A DNA stretch of 64,000 nt from Octopus bimaculoides (Eukaryota). The notes below the pieces were generated by a model. That model was not told the DNA's origin. It did not search any database and saw only the letters and a program-made list of their open reading frames with translations. The position numbers and the translations under genes are program-made. The stretch spans positions 25,947,864 to 26,011,863 of the forward strand of contig NC_068981.1 in assembly GCF_001194135.2 (NCBI RefSeq), given 5' to 3'. Below, piece after piece: positions 12,520-26,071 of the stretch; positions within the stretch are counted from its first letter, which is position 1, and each line of letters opens with the position of its first letter.

Positions 12520-12845
12520 TCTCCATTAATGCAGATAAAGCTGCTGCTAAAAACATTCTTCTCACAGATTTCGTACCAAACGTCTGTTGCTGCCAGCTGT
12601 AGAACTACAATTTTGGCATAACAAGAAATGTATCTCCCTCATTCACTATAAATGTAGACTTATATATATTCAGCAATCATTCTGCCATAAATTGCACACT
12701 AATTTATAATCCTTGCATAATAGTTTCATAATTCACAGATGATTGATGTAGACAAGGTTTATGACGAATGTAAGTGGTTGATATTCAAAAGATGTCAGTT
12801 ATCACCAGTGATCTCTTTTAAATGCAATTCAAATGACTGCAGCAT

Positions 12846-12884
12846 CTATATGGAAAGAAGAGATAAAATATGTCTTGTTAGTTA
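12846..12884 (-). promoter_or_regulatory. Candidate 3' splice acceptor (branch point plus polypyrimidine tract) for the first coding exon, giving a 326-nt 5'UTR segment 12845-12520
   Basis: Minus strand reads TAACTAAC (branch-like) AAGACATATTTTATCTCTTCTTTCCATATAG|ATGCTG. A more proximal alternative TAGCAGCAG lies at 12549-12541. Confidence 0.55.
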
Positions 12885-13448
12885 AATTATACTGGTAAAT
12901 CGATGACGAATTAAAACGAAATAACGGTGTAAACGAGAAAGATCGAGAATCTAGGGAAACTGAAAACTAGAGATCGAAAGAGAGACAAATAAAGAGAGAG
13001 AGAGAGAAAGAGAGAAAGAGAGGGAAGCAGAGAAACAGAAAGAGAAAGAAAGAGACAGAGAAAAGGAACGAGAATTGTGAACGCTTAATAACTGTAAAAG
13101 TATAGTCATTTACTATAAATACAGGTGGCATATAGAAATAGATGAAAACATATCAAAGGTAAAGTAGATTAATTTCGAAAGAATATCCATATATATATAT
13201 ATATATATATTCATACATAAATATATGTAATACGTTACACACATACAGACGCACACACAAACACACATACGTATATATACATATGAGCGTATACATGCAC
13301 ATATGAATGCTTACTGTGACACAGACATCACATACTTTGAATAGCAGATTCCTTTTCATGTCTAAATTCAAGTACCTTTATAAAAATTCAAATCAATATG
13401 TTTCATATCTGTTTTGGGGGAGAAAAGTGTGATCGACAAATTACTCAC

Positions 13449-13497
13449 CATAAAATGTCTTTATGTGTCTTATCAAGGAAATCTAAACACAGTTGTC
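13449..13497 (-). other. Candidate 49-nt non-coding 5'UTR exon of the K2P gene
   Basis: Flanked by acceptor GTCTGGTTTCTGTACAG| and a consensus donor ATG|GTGAGTAA. It is correctly oriented 603 nt upstream of the 12845 acceptor. Splice-signal evidence only. Confidence 0.35.
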
Positions 13498-14549
13498 CTG
13501 TACAGAAACCAGACAAATCTCTCTAAAATTTATACCCTGTAGGCTTAAAATAAAAGAATTTGCTAGTTATATCTTCGATATACGATGACTGCAAAAATAA
13601 TACGAGGTGGTCATATTTAGAGCGCCTTTTATTAGGTTTTTTTTTATAGAATATCTGCATAGACTAGAAAAAACGATTCAAATTTTTCGATTTATTTATA
13701 TCATATTTCACTCCTAAAATCAAACTTGAATGAATCAAAAGATATATACTTTTTATTATAATTTGCGTACACAGCATTTCATCTATTAACTCATTTTAAG
13801 TTCCATTGGTGGTTAACCGCAGAAAGTATTTAAGGGTGTCACTTTAATTCGTTGATTGCATAGAATACTACTGAAAAGAATCTAATAAAACTATGCGCAA
13901 AAGGTGTTCTAATCCTGACCGCTAATTCAGTTTTTGTAGTCGTATTATACTAAATAAATCATCGAAAGAGACCTTCCGAGTAATGAGGGCTGAGTGGGAA
14001 ATTTAGAAAGATTTGATTACTATTTCTACCAAGGTAAACAATGGCGTACTCTCTCCCTCGCTGCTGTCTAGCCACATATCAGCCAGGTTCGAGCAACACT
14101 TAACACGAAAGCCAAACCATTACATTAGCCTTTGTGGGGGTATAATATAGCTAAAACTAAAATATATAATGTGTCATTCATTTTGAAAATATTCTGCGGT
14201 AGCAAGGCGATTTGGCTCATATTCCTAACAGATCCAGTGGTGCAATAATATCTTCCATGCAAGCTTGGAGACGATACTTATCCATTCTTTGTAGACAGTC
14301 AGTGTATATAAACGTATGCTGAATAGAGTATACCAATAAACATTAAATTATATATGAGAAGGAGACTTTTTAACTAGATTCAACTTCAAAGTCAGAACAA
14401 AAAATATATTTTGATATATTAAATATTCTTGTCAGAGAATAAAAACGTATTTACAGACAAAACGAAGCAAATAGATGTAGGAAAACAGAAAAGGTTCATG
14501 ACTGAGGTGATGGTGAATAAGCTTAAAGATGTAATATAGTACAAGTGAC

Positions 14550-14600
<51 letters not shown>

Positions 14601-14638
14601 CATTATTATTATTATTATTATTATTATTNNNNNNNNNN

Positions 14639-14708
<70 letters not shown>

Positions 14709-14719
14709 TATTATTATTA
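14550..14719. repeat. (ATT)n microsatellite containing a short gap
   Basis: Direct reading. Confidence 0.97.
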
Positions 14720-15624
14720 GTCTCTGACTCAGCCACTCTCAGCAGTTTGTGCTCATATCACGTTTTGCCACTCTCTAGCCCCGCTTTTCGCACAGTTTAC
14801 AATGTAGCATTTCCGCTATATCCTCTTCCTCCTCCTCCTCATCATCATCATCCTCATCATCATTATCATCATTAGTTGTAGTAGCCGTTCTAGTTGCTGT
14901 TGTTGTAGCAGTAGCAGCAGTTTTTGTAATAGTCTCCAGCGTCTTGAACAATTTCGGTGAGTTGTGGTTTGCTCAAAAGATTGAAGAATAGAACCAGCAT
15001 CACAAATATAAGGAAATAATATTTGTAAACATATGCAAATATGGCTGGTCACGTATTTTCATACTATGTATTTTGATTCCAGCGAATACTTTGAAATATA
15101 ACACACATTCCCTTTTAATAGGGAACATACAATACTTACATGTTTACGAAGTTAAGTGTAGAAATAGACAAAAGTAACGACAAGCTAGTTACTGTACATC
15201 CATACATGTATCGGACGACAATATATCTCTACGAAAAACGTAGAAATTATCAAAATATAAAGATCTGGAAATAGGGATAACGAGAATCTGGCGACCGAGA
15301 ACAAGAAGAATGATAACTTTTGTATTCTCGGAAACGATTAAGAAACTTATATAAAGAAACACTTAAACTCGCAAGACATATACACATGCAATGTTATGCA
15401 ATGCTATGCTACCAAAATGAAATACCTAAATAAAATTGCGAACAATTCAAACAATAGACAAACCGAATGTTGTTTTTATTCTTACTCACAAAACAGGAAA
15501 AAAAAAACATTCTCAGAAAGTATCGAGAGATCTTTGTCTGTAGGTAAGTACATCTGTGGAGGAGAAATATACGGACATTTTGATTGAAATCTCTCTTTCT
15601 CTATCTCTGTCTCTATGTATATAG

Positions 15625-15822
15625 GGAGAATTCACACACACACAAAAAAAGACGGAGACAGGTGGTGTAGAAAACAAACAGATGTATTAGTATAACGCTT
15701 GGGAATTGAAAAAGTCTTTAACGTTTCGAGCCTACGCTCTTCCACAGAAAGGAACACAGAAAGAAACAAGGAGAGAAACAAGCAGAGTAAAAATATGTGT
15801 GTAGTGATTAACGATCTAATAT
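15625..15822 (-). mobile_element. Second copy of the Penelope-like pseudo-LTR end
   Basis: rc TTCCTTTCTGTGGAAGAGCGTAGGCTCGAAACGTTAAAGAC... and CTAATACATCTGTTTG match 3770-3900. Confidence 0.8.
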
Positions 15823-16949
15823 ATATATTCTCTTTATCAGAGCGTGAGTAATCTTTTTGGATCAAGTTTCTTTCTAGTGTTTGTTAGCGCTTTCGATTAT
15901 TTTTTCAAACGCGTATAATGCTTTTCAAAAATATTTATACTTATTGAAACTGTATGAGCTAATTTTAACAAGGTCTTTTATATATATATCGACATGCATA
16001 CCTATGCATTTGCGTGTCACTAAGTCACGCAAATGCATACTCTTTCTGATTTCTTTAATAAGTATAGGACAGCCAATGACTTATTATATTAACATCATAG
16101 AATTGTTAGGAACAAAGCATGTTCTTCCTAAAACACCTTTCCTTAGATAACATATCCCGAAAATATCATCTGAATGAAAGACAAAAAAATTAGCTACAAA
16201 ATCAGATGACATAAAAAGAGTGTACTCAACTAAAAGTTAAAAAGGATTTCTCATACGCAAATTAATTGCGAAGTCCATATGGATTATTGGGATGGTATTT
16301 TGCAGCAGAGGAAAAACGCTCTCAGCATTGCTTTGAGAAAGCATGAAAAATTTGAAAGGCAGGGGAATAATTTGTGAAATTCCGTTAATTGCTCTGTTGA
16401 GTGGTGATGAAAGAAAACTGAGAAATTTAAAATTTCACATTTTTGTAACAAAATGAACAAAAACCTAATAATAAAAATATGAGAAATGATCGATCAAAAC
16501 GATTATTTCGAAATATGGATTATGTGTTATTAAATATCATTATCAATAAATTATTACTGTTTATCGCGATTATTATCATCGATTAATAAAGCTATGATTT
16601 AGTGCGGACAATGATGGTCAATTTATTGAGCTTTGTTTGTCAAAGTTATCCAATAATATGTGATCACACGTCTTAATTTTTGCAAGGAAGGGGTACTTGA
16701 TCATATCATCCTCAGTTCTCTAAACCCTATATGGCGTAGCAGGTATGTATAATGCAGTGGACCTCGATTCAGAATGTAAAGATTGTAATTAAATACTCTA
16801 TCTGATACTCTATCGATTCTACTAACCGATCATATCATTTGATGTATACGATTTCTTCCAAAACTCTAAAACTAAGCTATCAGAAATTTCATCAGACTTG
16901 GTTGCAAATTTAATCTCATAAACATTACTTTGGTGCCCCACGCCCAACA

Positions 16950-17860
16950 TTGTACGGCCATGTAAATAGGATCATGTGTATTCTGGTTAACTTCAGGTGC
17001 TTGTAGCATTTTGTTCATGCAAGGATAACTGGAAAATAGCACCCCAGTTTACATGCCTCGGAAAGGTTTTACCTGCAGCCGGTGTTCCCCCAACTGATTA
17101 ATATCAAACCTCGTTACAGCTCCTTACAAGTTATATCGTAGTTCAAGTCAGAACATAAATAACTAAAATACGTATGACAGAGTATTTACATGGTTTTCCA
17201 AAGTAATACCTCACACGACCTTCCTCTAATTGTTGTTTCTCACTGACAATGGGGATCACATCTGCTGAAATAATACATTTAACATCGCTAGAAACCCATT
17301 CGATCACCTAATCATTCTTTTCTATGCCAGACAATCTGTAAAACGTACTTGAATACCACAACGGAGTATTACTTTAAAAACTCGGCAGGTGCCACTGCAC
17401 AATCATTCATGACCGCACCCAGAATAACACAACTGATTGGAGTAATGTCACTTCCGGATGTGCTCCAGTTTCTAATGTGTGGGGCATTGCCTCCTCTTTG
17501 ACATTTCTCCGCTTCTGTAATTGCCCCAGTTCCTCTGATCCTACTAGCCTCCACCATCAGCATTCAGTATTTTCAAAACTAGTCATTTTACCTCATTCTC
17601 ATTACATCCTTTCTGTTTTGTCCCATCCTCCGGGTATCGCAGCAATCACTATATCCAGACATTTTCGAGAACATCAACAACTCCCTGGTATTCTTTTCTT
17701 GTTCCTATCTTTCCTGGATATGATAAATTGCAAAGATTCAAGAGAAGATACATTAATGGAATTAGCCTCATCAGTATAAGAACGCTTGCGAAGAACTGAC
17801 ATAAATCATCTAAACACAGCAAGTAAAAATACAATGAAACCATAAAACAATGTATCCCCA
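16950..17860 (-). mobile_element. Highly decayed LINE AP-endonuclease relic, RTE-like
   Basis: Fragments in the expected order: YPG..YQGVVDVLENVW, TGAITEAEK, VILGAVMND (GDFN-like). Many stops, weak similarity. Confidence 0.4.
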
Positions 17861-18896
17861 AAACCTAGGACGTACCCTTTCCTGTGTTTTGCTATCGATC
17901 ACCTAGATGTTTTACATCACTGTTGCACATGATTTTCAAGATAAGCAAAGTACCACGATCATTAATGCGTATCCTAGTTTATTATGCAAAAGTCAAGATC
18001 TATAAATTATCATCATTGTAGAAACTCTTCTTGATATATCGTCTACGTTTGCATCATTATATCGAACTTAGCAACGCTTCCTTATGATTTTCGCATGAAG
18101 CTTTCCTTTCTATTATAAATCTTCATCTCATATCCATTATGTTCTTTTTGCGTATTCATATATACTGACGTTATACACATTTATACATCTGAATCTTACC
18201 TGAAATGAATAATCTTTTAATTTTTCCTTGGCCCTAGCATATCTCGTTATATTCCTTCATCATCACATATCAATTTAAGTTGTTCCTTCTTTGTGATCAT
18301 AATTTCGTCCGTTCTTTCTAATTCCTTTACTAAAAACCGCTAATGTTTCATCGCAATCAATTTTCCCCACTTAAAACGGCTAATTATTAATTTATAGTAA
18401 CCTGTTGTGCAATAATCATAGCTTATTTGGTTTTTCTGTTTTGTTGTTTCGATTTAATTATACATAAATTTATTTTTTTATTCAAGAATTAAAAACTATA
18501 AAGCTATTACTAGTTCACAAGCTCAATAATTTTCACTGAAGAATAATAAAATTTGATATTAATAGAATTTATTATTAATAAAAGTCATTACTCACGTCGA
18601 ATGGTATGATCCACACAGTTATGTCTCTATACATTCATACTCATAAAAATCTCTATGTTCATAATTTAATGGTTTAATTGGTTATTTCTTCAATAATTAT
18701 GAGCTAGTCAAAATTCTTGCTGTAATAACTTAATAGTTTAATTGTTTAATTGTTGAATAATCATTAAATTATATATTAAAAAAATACCCGATTTAATTTT
18801 ATAATATGAGATAATATTGATTAATTAAAAGTTTGAAGAGATTTGTTTTTCCTATCCTGTAATGGATCTAGATCAACTATACATTGGATAAGGGTA

Positions 18897-18899
<3 letters not shown>

Positions 18900-18964
<65 letters not shown>
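18900..18964. repeat. (TA)n microsatellite abutting the 5'-truncated Penelope-like element
   Basis: Direct reading. Confidence 0.97.
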
Positions 18965-18971
<7 letters not shown>

Positions 18972-20870
18972 CATAAAATGGCAGTGGACATTGCGCACCA
19001 AAACGAATTATTACTTCCTGGACTCCCATTTAACACAAGTAATCATAGAGTACAATACATGGTCTATACATAAATATCCCAACACTAGAAGACTTAAAAT
19101 TAAGGCCGATTATAGCGGGCCCAGCCTGTGAAACACGCCGCCTAAGCAATTTTCTGGACATACTATTGAAACCTATCCTCAGATGCATTAAAAGTTTCAT
19201 TAAAGACGATCTGAACATGCTAGAGCATCTACCAAAGACCACCAACGAAGAAGTACTATTAGTCTCCTTGGATGCCATGAACCTCTACACCAACATACCA
19301 CATGACTACGGAATAAAAGCAATACAATTCTAGTTAAAAAAATACCCCGGACTTCTCCCTGACTGCATAAACCAGACTTTTGTAATTGAATCTCTGAATT
19401 TCACCCTACAAAACAATTACTTCCTATTCAATGAAACATGCTATCGCCAAAAATGCGGTATTACGATGGGAACAAAAGCACCATCTGTCCTTGCGAACCT
19501 AATAATAGGTTTCTTTGAATCTACCTTAAAAATGTAGACCCCCATTTCCCATTCCACCAGTATATAAGAGAACACTGGAAATGGTGCCTAGACGATTGTT
19601 TTATCATCTGGAATGAAACCTGTCATAAACTTCTGGAATTCAAATCCACACTGAACCATATAAACTCCAATATTCAATTTACAATGGAATAAAGCAATTA
19701 ACAGCTCCAATTTCTGGACATGTTGGTTGTTAAAAAAATCCAGCAACCAAATTGCAACCGAAATCTACCACAAACCAACAGACCCAAAACTCTATCTCCT
19801 TTGCTGCTCATGCTATCCTAAGCACACCGAAATAAATATCCCATTTAATTTAGCAAAAAAGATCTGTGCAATTGTATCTGATACAACTACTCGGGAACTA
19901 CGCCTACAAGACCTCAAAATAACACCCATTGAACGTCAATACCCACCCGTACTTATAGACCATGGAATTAAACGTGCCAAAAAATTGGACACAAACACAC
20001 TAAGGACAATAAAACAAAACACCACACCTCACTTTAATTCATTCCCATACATATCAACCCAGAACCCCAGAAACAATGAAGCATACTACACAATTATACA
20101 AAATCTTCCTCTGCTCACACAAGACCCGAACATGAACAACATTGTGAATACACATAAACTCCTCAAATGCAAAAGATAAAACAAATCACTTAAGAGACTC
20201 GTAACAAATGCAAAACTATACTTAACAGTTAAAAAATGCAGACGACCTAATTGTCGTACTTGCCCATACCTAACTGAAGGCTCAGAATTTACTTTCCAGC
20301 AAGGAGAAAATTTTCAATTAAGATCAACTTCACATGTGCCTCCCATAACTTAATTTATATCCTAACCTGCTCAGGTTGTGATCACAATTATGCGGACTAA
20401 ACGAGACTTACTTTGAGACGTAGAGTTTCGCTGCATAAAGAACAGATTCGTTTTCCTCAATACAGCCAGATAGCTCTCAGCGAACACATTGATAGCTGCG
20501 TAAGAAATAACACACCGAATTTCCATATTTTCCCATTATATCAATGCAGAGATTCCGTTTCCTTACAAGAATGCCTAAACAAGTACAGACCACACCTTAA
20601 TATGCAAACTTGACCACCTGATCCCTATACATTCATGTTTCAAAATTATATTTATTTACCACTATTCAATAATGCTGAAGGGGTAGTTGTCCCTCTGGCT
20701 ACGTATTGCCTCCTTTTATCCACTCTCTCCATTCATTTTTACTTTTCAAGAAATCCAAAACTGTGTGATTCCTTTGTGTCAAGGAATGATTACTTCACAA
20801 TGTCACTTGAAAAACTAATTTAAATAGTGAAAACAAGTTGGATATCATTACATTTTATGAGACTTTTACA
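18965..20870 (+). mobile_element. Penelope-like retroelement (RT plus C-terminal GIY-YIG endonuclease), 5'-truncated pseudogene, probably Naiad-type
   Basis: Motifs: LKLRPIIAGPACETRRLSNFLDILLKP, LVSLDAMNLYTNIPH, YRQKCGITMGTKAP..ANL, WKWCLDDCFIIW, IYHKPTD..YL..SCYPKH..INIPFNLA, linker KCRRPNCRTC, NLIYILTCSGC, RRRVSLHKEQI..ALSEH..C..FHIFPLY. The insertion between GLP and LKLRPI suggests the Naiad clade (inference). Confidence 0.92.
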
Positions 20871-21040
20871 ATCCATAAAATATGTATATGCTTATATATT
20901 TTTATTAAAATATATCAAAACTATGTGAAATAAAGGCATTTCTCTTCCCCTTTTTATATAACTTTTCTACATATTTGCACTTCATAACTTTGCCACGTGC
21001 TGTATACTGTTTCTCCGGCATTTCTGCGCCGTTCATATGT

Positions 21041-22178
21041 ACATATATATATGTGTGTGTGTATGTGTGTGTGCGCGCGCGTGTGTGTGATTCAAATATA
21101 CTGAAAGAATTATGTGCAAGTTATTACCCATCAGAAGCTTTCATCGTTAATCATACTCTGTCTATATATCTATATATCACTGCTAATCTTTGATATTTGA
21201 ATTATGTTTGTCATTAAATATTTATAATGCAGACATATAACATTATGTTTTNNNNNNNNNNNNNNNNNNNNNNNNNNNNNNNNNNNNNNNNNNNNNNNNN
21301 NNNNNNNNNNNNNNNNNNNNNNNNNNNNNNNNNNNNNNNNNNNNNNNNNNNNNNNNNNNNNNNNNNNNNNNNNNNNNNNNNNNNNNNNNNNNNNNNNNNN
21401 NNNNNNNNNNNNNNNNNNNNNNNNNNNNNNNNNNNNNNNNNNNNNNNNNNNNNNNNNNNNNNNNNNNNNNNNNNNNNNNNNNNNNNNNNNNNNNNNNNNN
21501 NNNNNNNNNNNNNNNNNNNNNNNNNNNNNNNNNNNNNNNNNNNNNNNNNNNNNNNNNNNNNNNNNNNNNNNNNNNNNNNNNNNNNNNNNNNNNNNNNNNN
21601 NNNNNNNNNNNNNNNNNNNNNNNNNNNNNNNNNNNNNNNNNNNNNNNNNNNNNNNNNNNNNNNNNNNNNNNNNNNNNNNNNNNNNNNNNNNNNNNNNNNN
21701 NNNNNNNNNNNNNNNNNNNNNNNNNNNNNNNNNNNNNNNNNNNNNNNNNNNNNNNNNNNNNNNNNNNNNNNNNNNNNNNNNNNNNNNNNNNNNNNNNNNN
21801 NNNNNNNNNNNNNNNNNNNNNNNNNNNNNNNNNNNNNNNNNNTATATATATATATATATATGTATATGTATACATATATATACATCTATATATATACATA
21901 TATATACATATATATATATGTATATATATACATATCTATATATATATATATACATGCATACATATATACATATATATATGTGTGTGTGTATGTGTGTGTG
22001 CGCGCGCGTGTGTGTGATTCAAATATACTGAAAGAATTATGTGCAAGTTATTACCCATCAGAAGCTTTCATCGTTAATCATACTCTGTCTATATATCTAT
22101 ATATCACTGCTAATCTTTGATATTTGAATTATGTTTGTCATTAAATATTTATAATGCAGACATATAACATTATGTTTT
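21041..22178. repeat. Identical ~211-bp direct duplication (21041-21251 and 21968-22178) flanking an N gap
   Basis: No mismatch seen over the full length; offset 927 nt. Probably an assembly or haplotype artefact. Confidence 0.9.
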
Positions 22179-22784
22179 TATTAAGTGCCGTACAAAGTGA
22201 CACATATATATGTATCCTATTACTTTCCCTAACAGTGTTAATTCTCTGTCTTTGCTGAATGTATCCTCTCATTAAAACTTATTGTTTGCGTATTTATATT
22301 ATGAATTGTTTCCTTATCTATCTCTTTGTGTGTCGTGTGTATGACTATACATACAAATAAGTTATCACTCCCACGGAGAATGAGTTATTCAGTCGTACAT
22401 TTCCATCAAATTCTCTCTCTTTAACGTATAAACAATATCAACATTTGAATTTTAAAAACAGTTGAACACGTCTCGACTGCAAATATTATTTATAACCTGA
22501 ATTATGTATAGACATTTTATTCGAAACTTTAACTACAAAAACGAATCTACTATTTTTTGTATGAAATAACAATCATTTAATAAATTATAAAAAATTATTT
22601 TTGCTTAAAATAAACTGATAACAATTTTATTTACCGAATATATCAAGACAATTACATAACAAGGGAAAACATTATATATTTATAAATACAAAACCACTTT
22701 TCTGGAGTAAATATAAACATTGATGTTAACTTAATATTGCATTAATTCTGTTATGAATATCTATCATTATATCTCGATTATTTT

Positions 22785-22822
<38 letters not shown>

Positions 22823-24049
22823 TGCCTAGACTTACTATAATTTCTTCTATTCCACGTATCCTTCTATCGATACATTACACATCAAATATTTTTTTCCCTC
22901 GTTATTTGTTTATTTGTCTCATTGAATAAACGTGCTCTCTGTTACGTCAGAAATTACTGAAGTTAGGAAGTAAACATATTTTAGATAAATGTTTGCGAAG
23001 ACAAATTGGTGTTTCGTTTTGATTATATAATTTACAACAACAACAACAACAACTACTACAACTACTACTATTACTACTACTTTTCTGCAAATAAGTGTAA
23101 TACATACTTTGCGATTCTGGTTACACGGAAAACGCCAAGCAGATATTGCCCACCTGATAAAAATGTTCCTGTTTTCATTCGTTTCCTTCTTGGTTCGGTA
23201 ATTACCAGAGTCGATAAAACGTTAGATATCATACATTTGGTACTTAGTTATGCACTGAGTTCAAGCCTCACTGGAGTTAGATATCCCCTAATATCAATTC
23301 GAAAATGATAATACAAGTGCCAGTCAAGCGCTGAATAGATATATCTTGATGTACACTCTGTCTCTAGAAATATGGGGACACTTGCGTGCTAGAAATTAAG
23401 TATTGCATTAAATAGTTAAAGGTAAATATTCTCTCAAGTATTGTGTTTAGATTATCTAACAGAAGTGTTGTGTAAATATCAATAGAAAACCTTGTTGTTT
23501 ATCTTTTCACGGCTATTTTACCTTCATAAAAAAGTTAATAGGTTTAAAATCCCCTGTTGAGAGTTATCTCTCAATACGAAACATTAAATAAGCATCATTT
23601 GCATTTTGTGAAATTAATAACTGCTATTGAAACTGTAATACCATGTACCTAATGTCCAGGCATTAGATTCACCAACGGTCGGGAGGAGTTATAGCTAAGT
23701 CAGACAAGCGCTAAGTTTTGCCGCTGGGATCTTTAATCGATACGATATAAACAACCTTCTTACTGGAGGCGTTGTATACATTAGACCGAGGCAGACGTGT
23801 TTGAGCTGCCGACGAGCCATCAACTCCGATAATTTTTTACGTCAATGTGCATATTTATACAGCGTTCTCTAGCTAACCAACCCTTCTTTTATGTTCAGCT
23901 AGGACGTCTACTGGAAAAATTCGCTTCATATTTACTCTGCTTTCAATTCAATTCTATTGCTTCTCGTCTCTCGGGAAAGTTTTTTTTTACCAGATTTCCC
24001 ACTAAATTCGAGTAAGAGGCATGTACGATGGATTGAATTTGGTATTTGG

Positions 24050-24400
24050 TATGATCGTTAATCTTTTGCTTGATTTAGGAGCTCCACTAGCTACTGAGGA
24101 CATTCAACTAAGTCCGCTGATTGTCAATATGCCGACTAAGTCTTCAGTCTAAAGTTTTATTTTCTATGATATTGATTGTTTGGGCGGTCAGTGTGAACTC
24201 GGCCACCAGATTACGAGACGATCAACTTTGAGCATTAACCTTCACTATAGGTGACTGTCTGCCACGAGGGTAAGAGTAAAGAGGTCAAATACGACAGCTG
24301 ACAGATTCGGACAAAAGTATGCGGCCTACCGCCTCTTTCCAAAGAGGACAAAGAAAAAAGTTGTATCTATGCGGTTGTATCTATGGCCACAGAATTTCAT
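24050..24400 (+). mobile_element. Possible decayed LINE 3' end (RTE-like C-terminus)
   Basis: Frameshifted ELGHQITR and HEGKSK/RGQ..DSD resemble GH..R and G.R.RGRP..D. Weak. Confidence 0.3.
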
Positions 24401-25034
24401 CCCCAGGACTAGAATATTAATTAATTAATTAATTAATTAATTAATTAGTGAATTAATTAATTCGGATTATTTGTTGCTGTGGCTATAAGGATTTTTGAAT
24501 TTATAAATTATCTTTAACAATACATTTCCTTTTACATATTCAACATATTCAGTAGTTAAAGTACTTTGTGGATATATTTTTATTTCGCACTATTGCATAG
24601 ACTATGACCTTCTAGATACACTCCGAAACAGATGAGTAGACGAGAAGAATGTATCCTGCATACTGTTATTGATCCAAGTAGAAATAAAATACGATGTCAA
24701 AACAACATTCTCGGTGTCTTTAAATGGTCATTTATCTAAAATACAGGCACTAAAATACAGCTAAGGGTTGCTTTCATACAAAACGCATACATAATCCATT
24801 CAAACACCTAATTCAATTATTGAGAGGTTACGGTAGGTGTTAGTATACTGACTATTGTAGGAATTGACACATCCAGATATAGAAATGTTTCACATCAAGT
24901 GATGGAAAATAAGTAAGCAACTCTGTATAAAATTATAATGAATTATACCTGAATATTCTGAAATTATCAATATTGTGCGGAAGATGACCAAAATGATGGT
25001 GGTAGCGGTAGTAGTCGATCTTCCCAAGTAAAGA

Positions 25035-25237
25035 TGCAAGTCGGCAAGCATCCATGACGAACAAAATGCTTAGCAGCATTTCAACCGTCATTACGTTCTG
25101 AGTTGAAATTCCTTCGGGGTCAACCTTGCCTTTCATGGTTTTGGAGTCGATATATTAATCACCATTTGAGCACTGGGGTCGATGTAATCGACTTACTTCC
25201 TTCCACAAAGTTGTTGGCCTTGTGCCAAATTTGAAAC
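25035..25237 (+). mobile_element. tRNA-derived SINE family B
   Basis: AAATGCTTAGC..ACGTTCTGAGTTGAAATTCC..GGGGTCGATGTAATCGACTT..GGCCTTGTGCC; several related copies in the window. Confidence 0.75.
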
Positions 25238-25802
25238 CACAACCGAGTAGGGAACTTCATGGGAAAAAGGTTCTTCTCTCTATCTGGTGGGATTACAAAG
25301 GAGTAATTCACTTTGAATTGTTAACACCTAGTGCAACAATCAATGCTCAAGTCAACTGTCATTAATTAGAGCGTTTGAAGAAAAAAAGACCCGCTTTAAG
25401 GAATCGAAAAAGGAGTGATGTTTCATCAAGACAAAACGCGACCCCATACTGCAAAGATCACATCACAGAAGATCGAAGAGCTTGGTTGGGAAAAAAAATC
25501 CTCATTCACCTTATTCTCCCGAACTTGCTCCTTCAGACAACCTTTTGTTTCGTAGTTTAAAGAATCATTTGGGGGACATAACTTTCGCAAGCCAGGTGGA
25601 GGTCGAAACTGACATTTCAGAGTTCTTCGCTTTGAAACCAAAAGAGTTTTACATTGATGGGATTTAAAAGCTTTTAAATAGATGGAAGGAAGTCATAGAT
25701 AATCAGGGAAAGTACATTGATGATTACATTTAAATTAAATATAACATTTGATCACTTGTTTCGTTTACTGAAAATTCGGACATAACTTATGGGATGACCT
25801 GA
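25238..25802 (+). mobile_element. mariner (DD34D-type) transposon relic: catalytic domain plus right TIR
   Basis: ELHGKKVLLSIWWDYKGVIHFELL, GVMFHQDKTRPHTA, PHSPYSPELAPSDNLLFRSLKNHL, RWKEVIDNQGKYIDD. It ends GGACATAACTTATGGGATGACCTGA|TA. Confidence 0.92.
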
Positions 25803-26071
25803 TAAATAAATGCTCATTAAGTACTGTCAGATGCGATAGCGTCAAAAAAATTAATGACTAAATTCATCATTAAATTTTATTACCGTTTAATTGCAGTGTG
25901 TGCATTAAGTTTAATTAAGATATGTTTCTGAAAGCTTAATGTCGATTAGAAATAATTGATGGTTATTTATCAATATCACAATAAGGAACAAACTCGGTAT
26001 TTATGGAGGAAAATAATGAGCTGAATATTCACGGTTCTATGGAGGTGAAGAGAAAGTTTATACTTATTATT

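Noticed and set aside
17767-17774. CUGAUGA core on the minus strand (also at 61695-61702)
   Set aside because: No stem II closed by an adjacent GAAA and no stem I; a 7-mer match is expected by chance.
18590-18630. Consensus donor GAC|GTGAGTAA on the minus strand as another 5'UTR exon
   Set aside because: The upstream acceptor lacks a pyrimidine tract; isolated donors are common.
20220-20500. Selenocysteine recoding (in-frame TGA at conserved Cys), reported for some Naiad elements
   Set aside because: All linker and GIY-YIG cysteines I translated are TGC or TGT; the stops seen are TAA/TAG decay.
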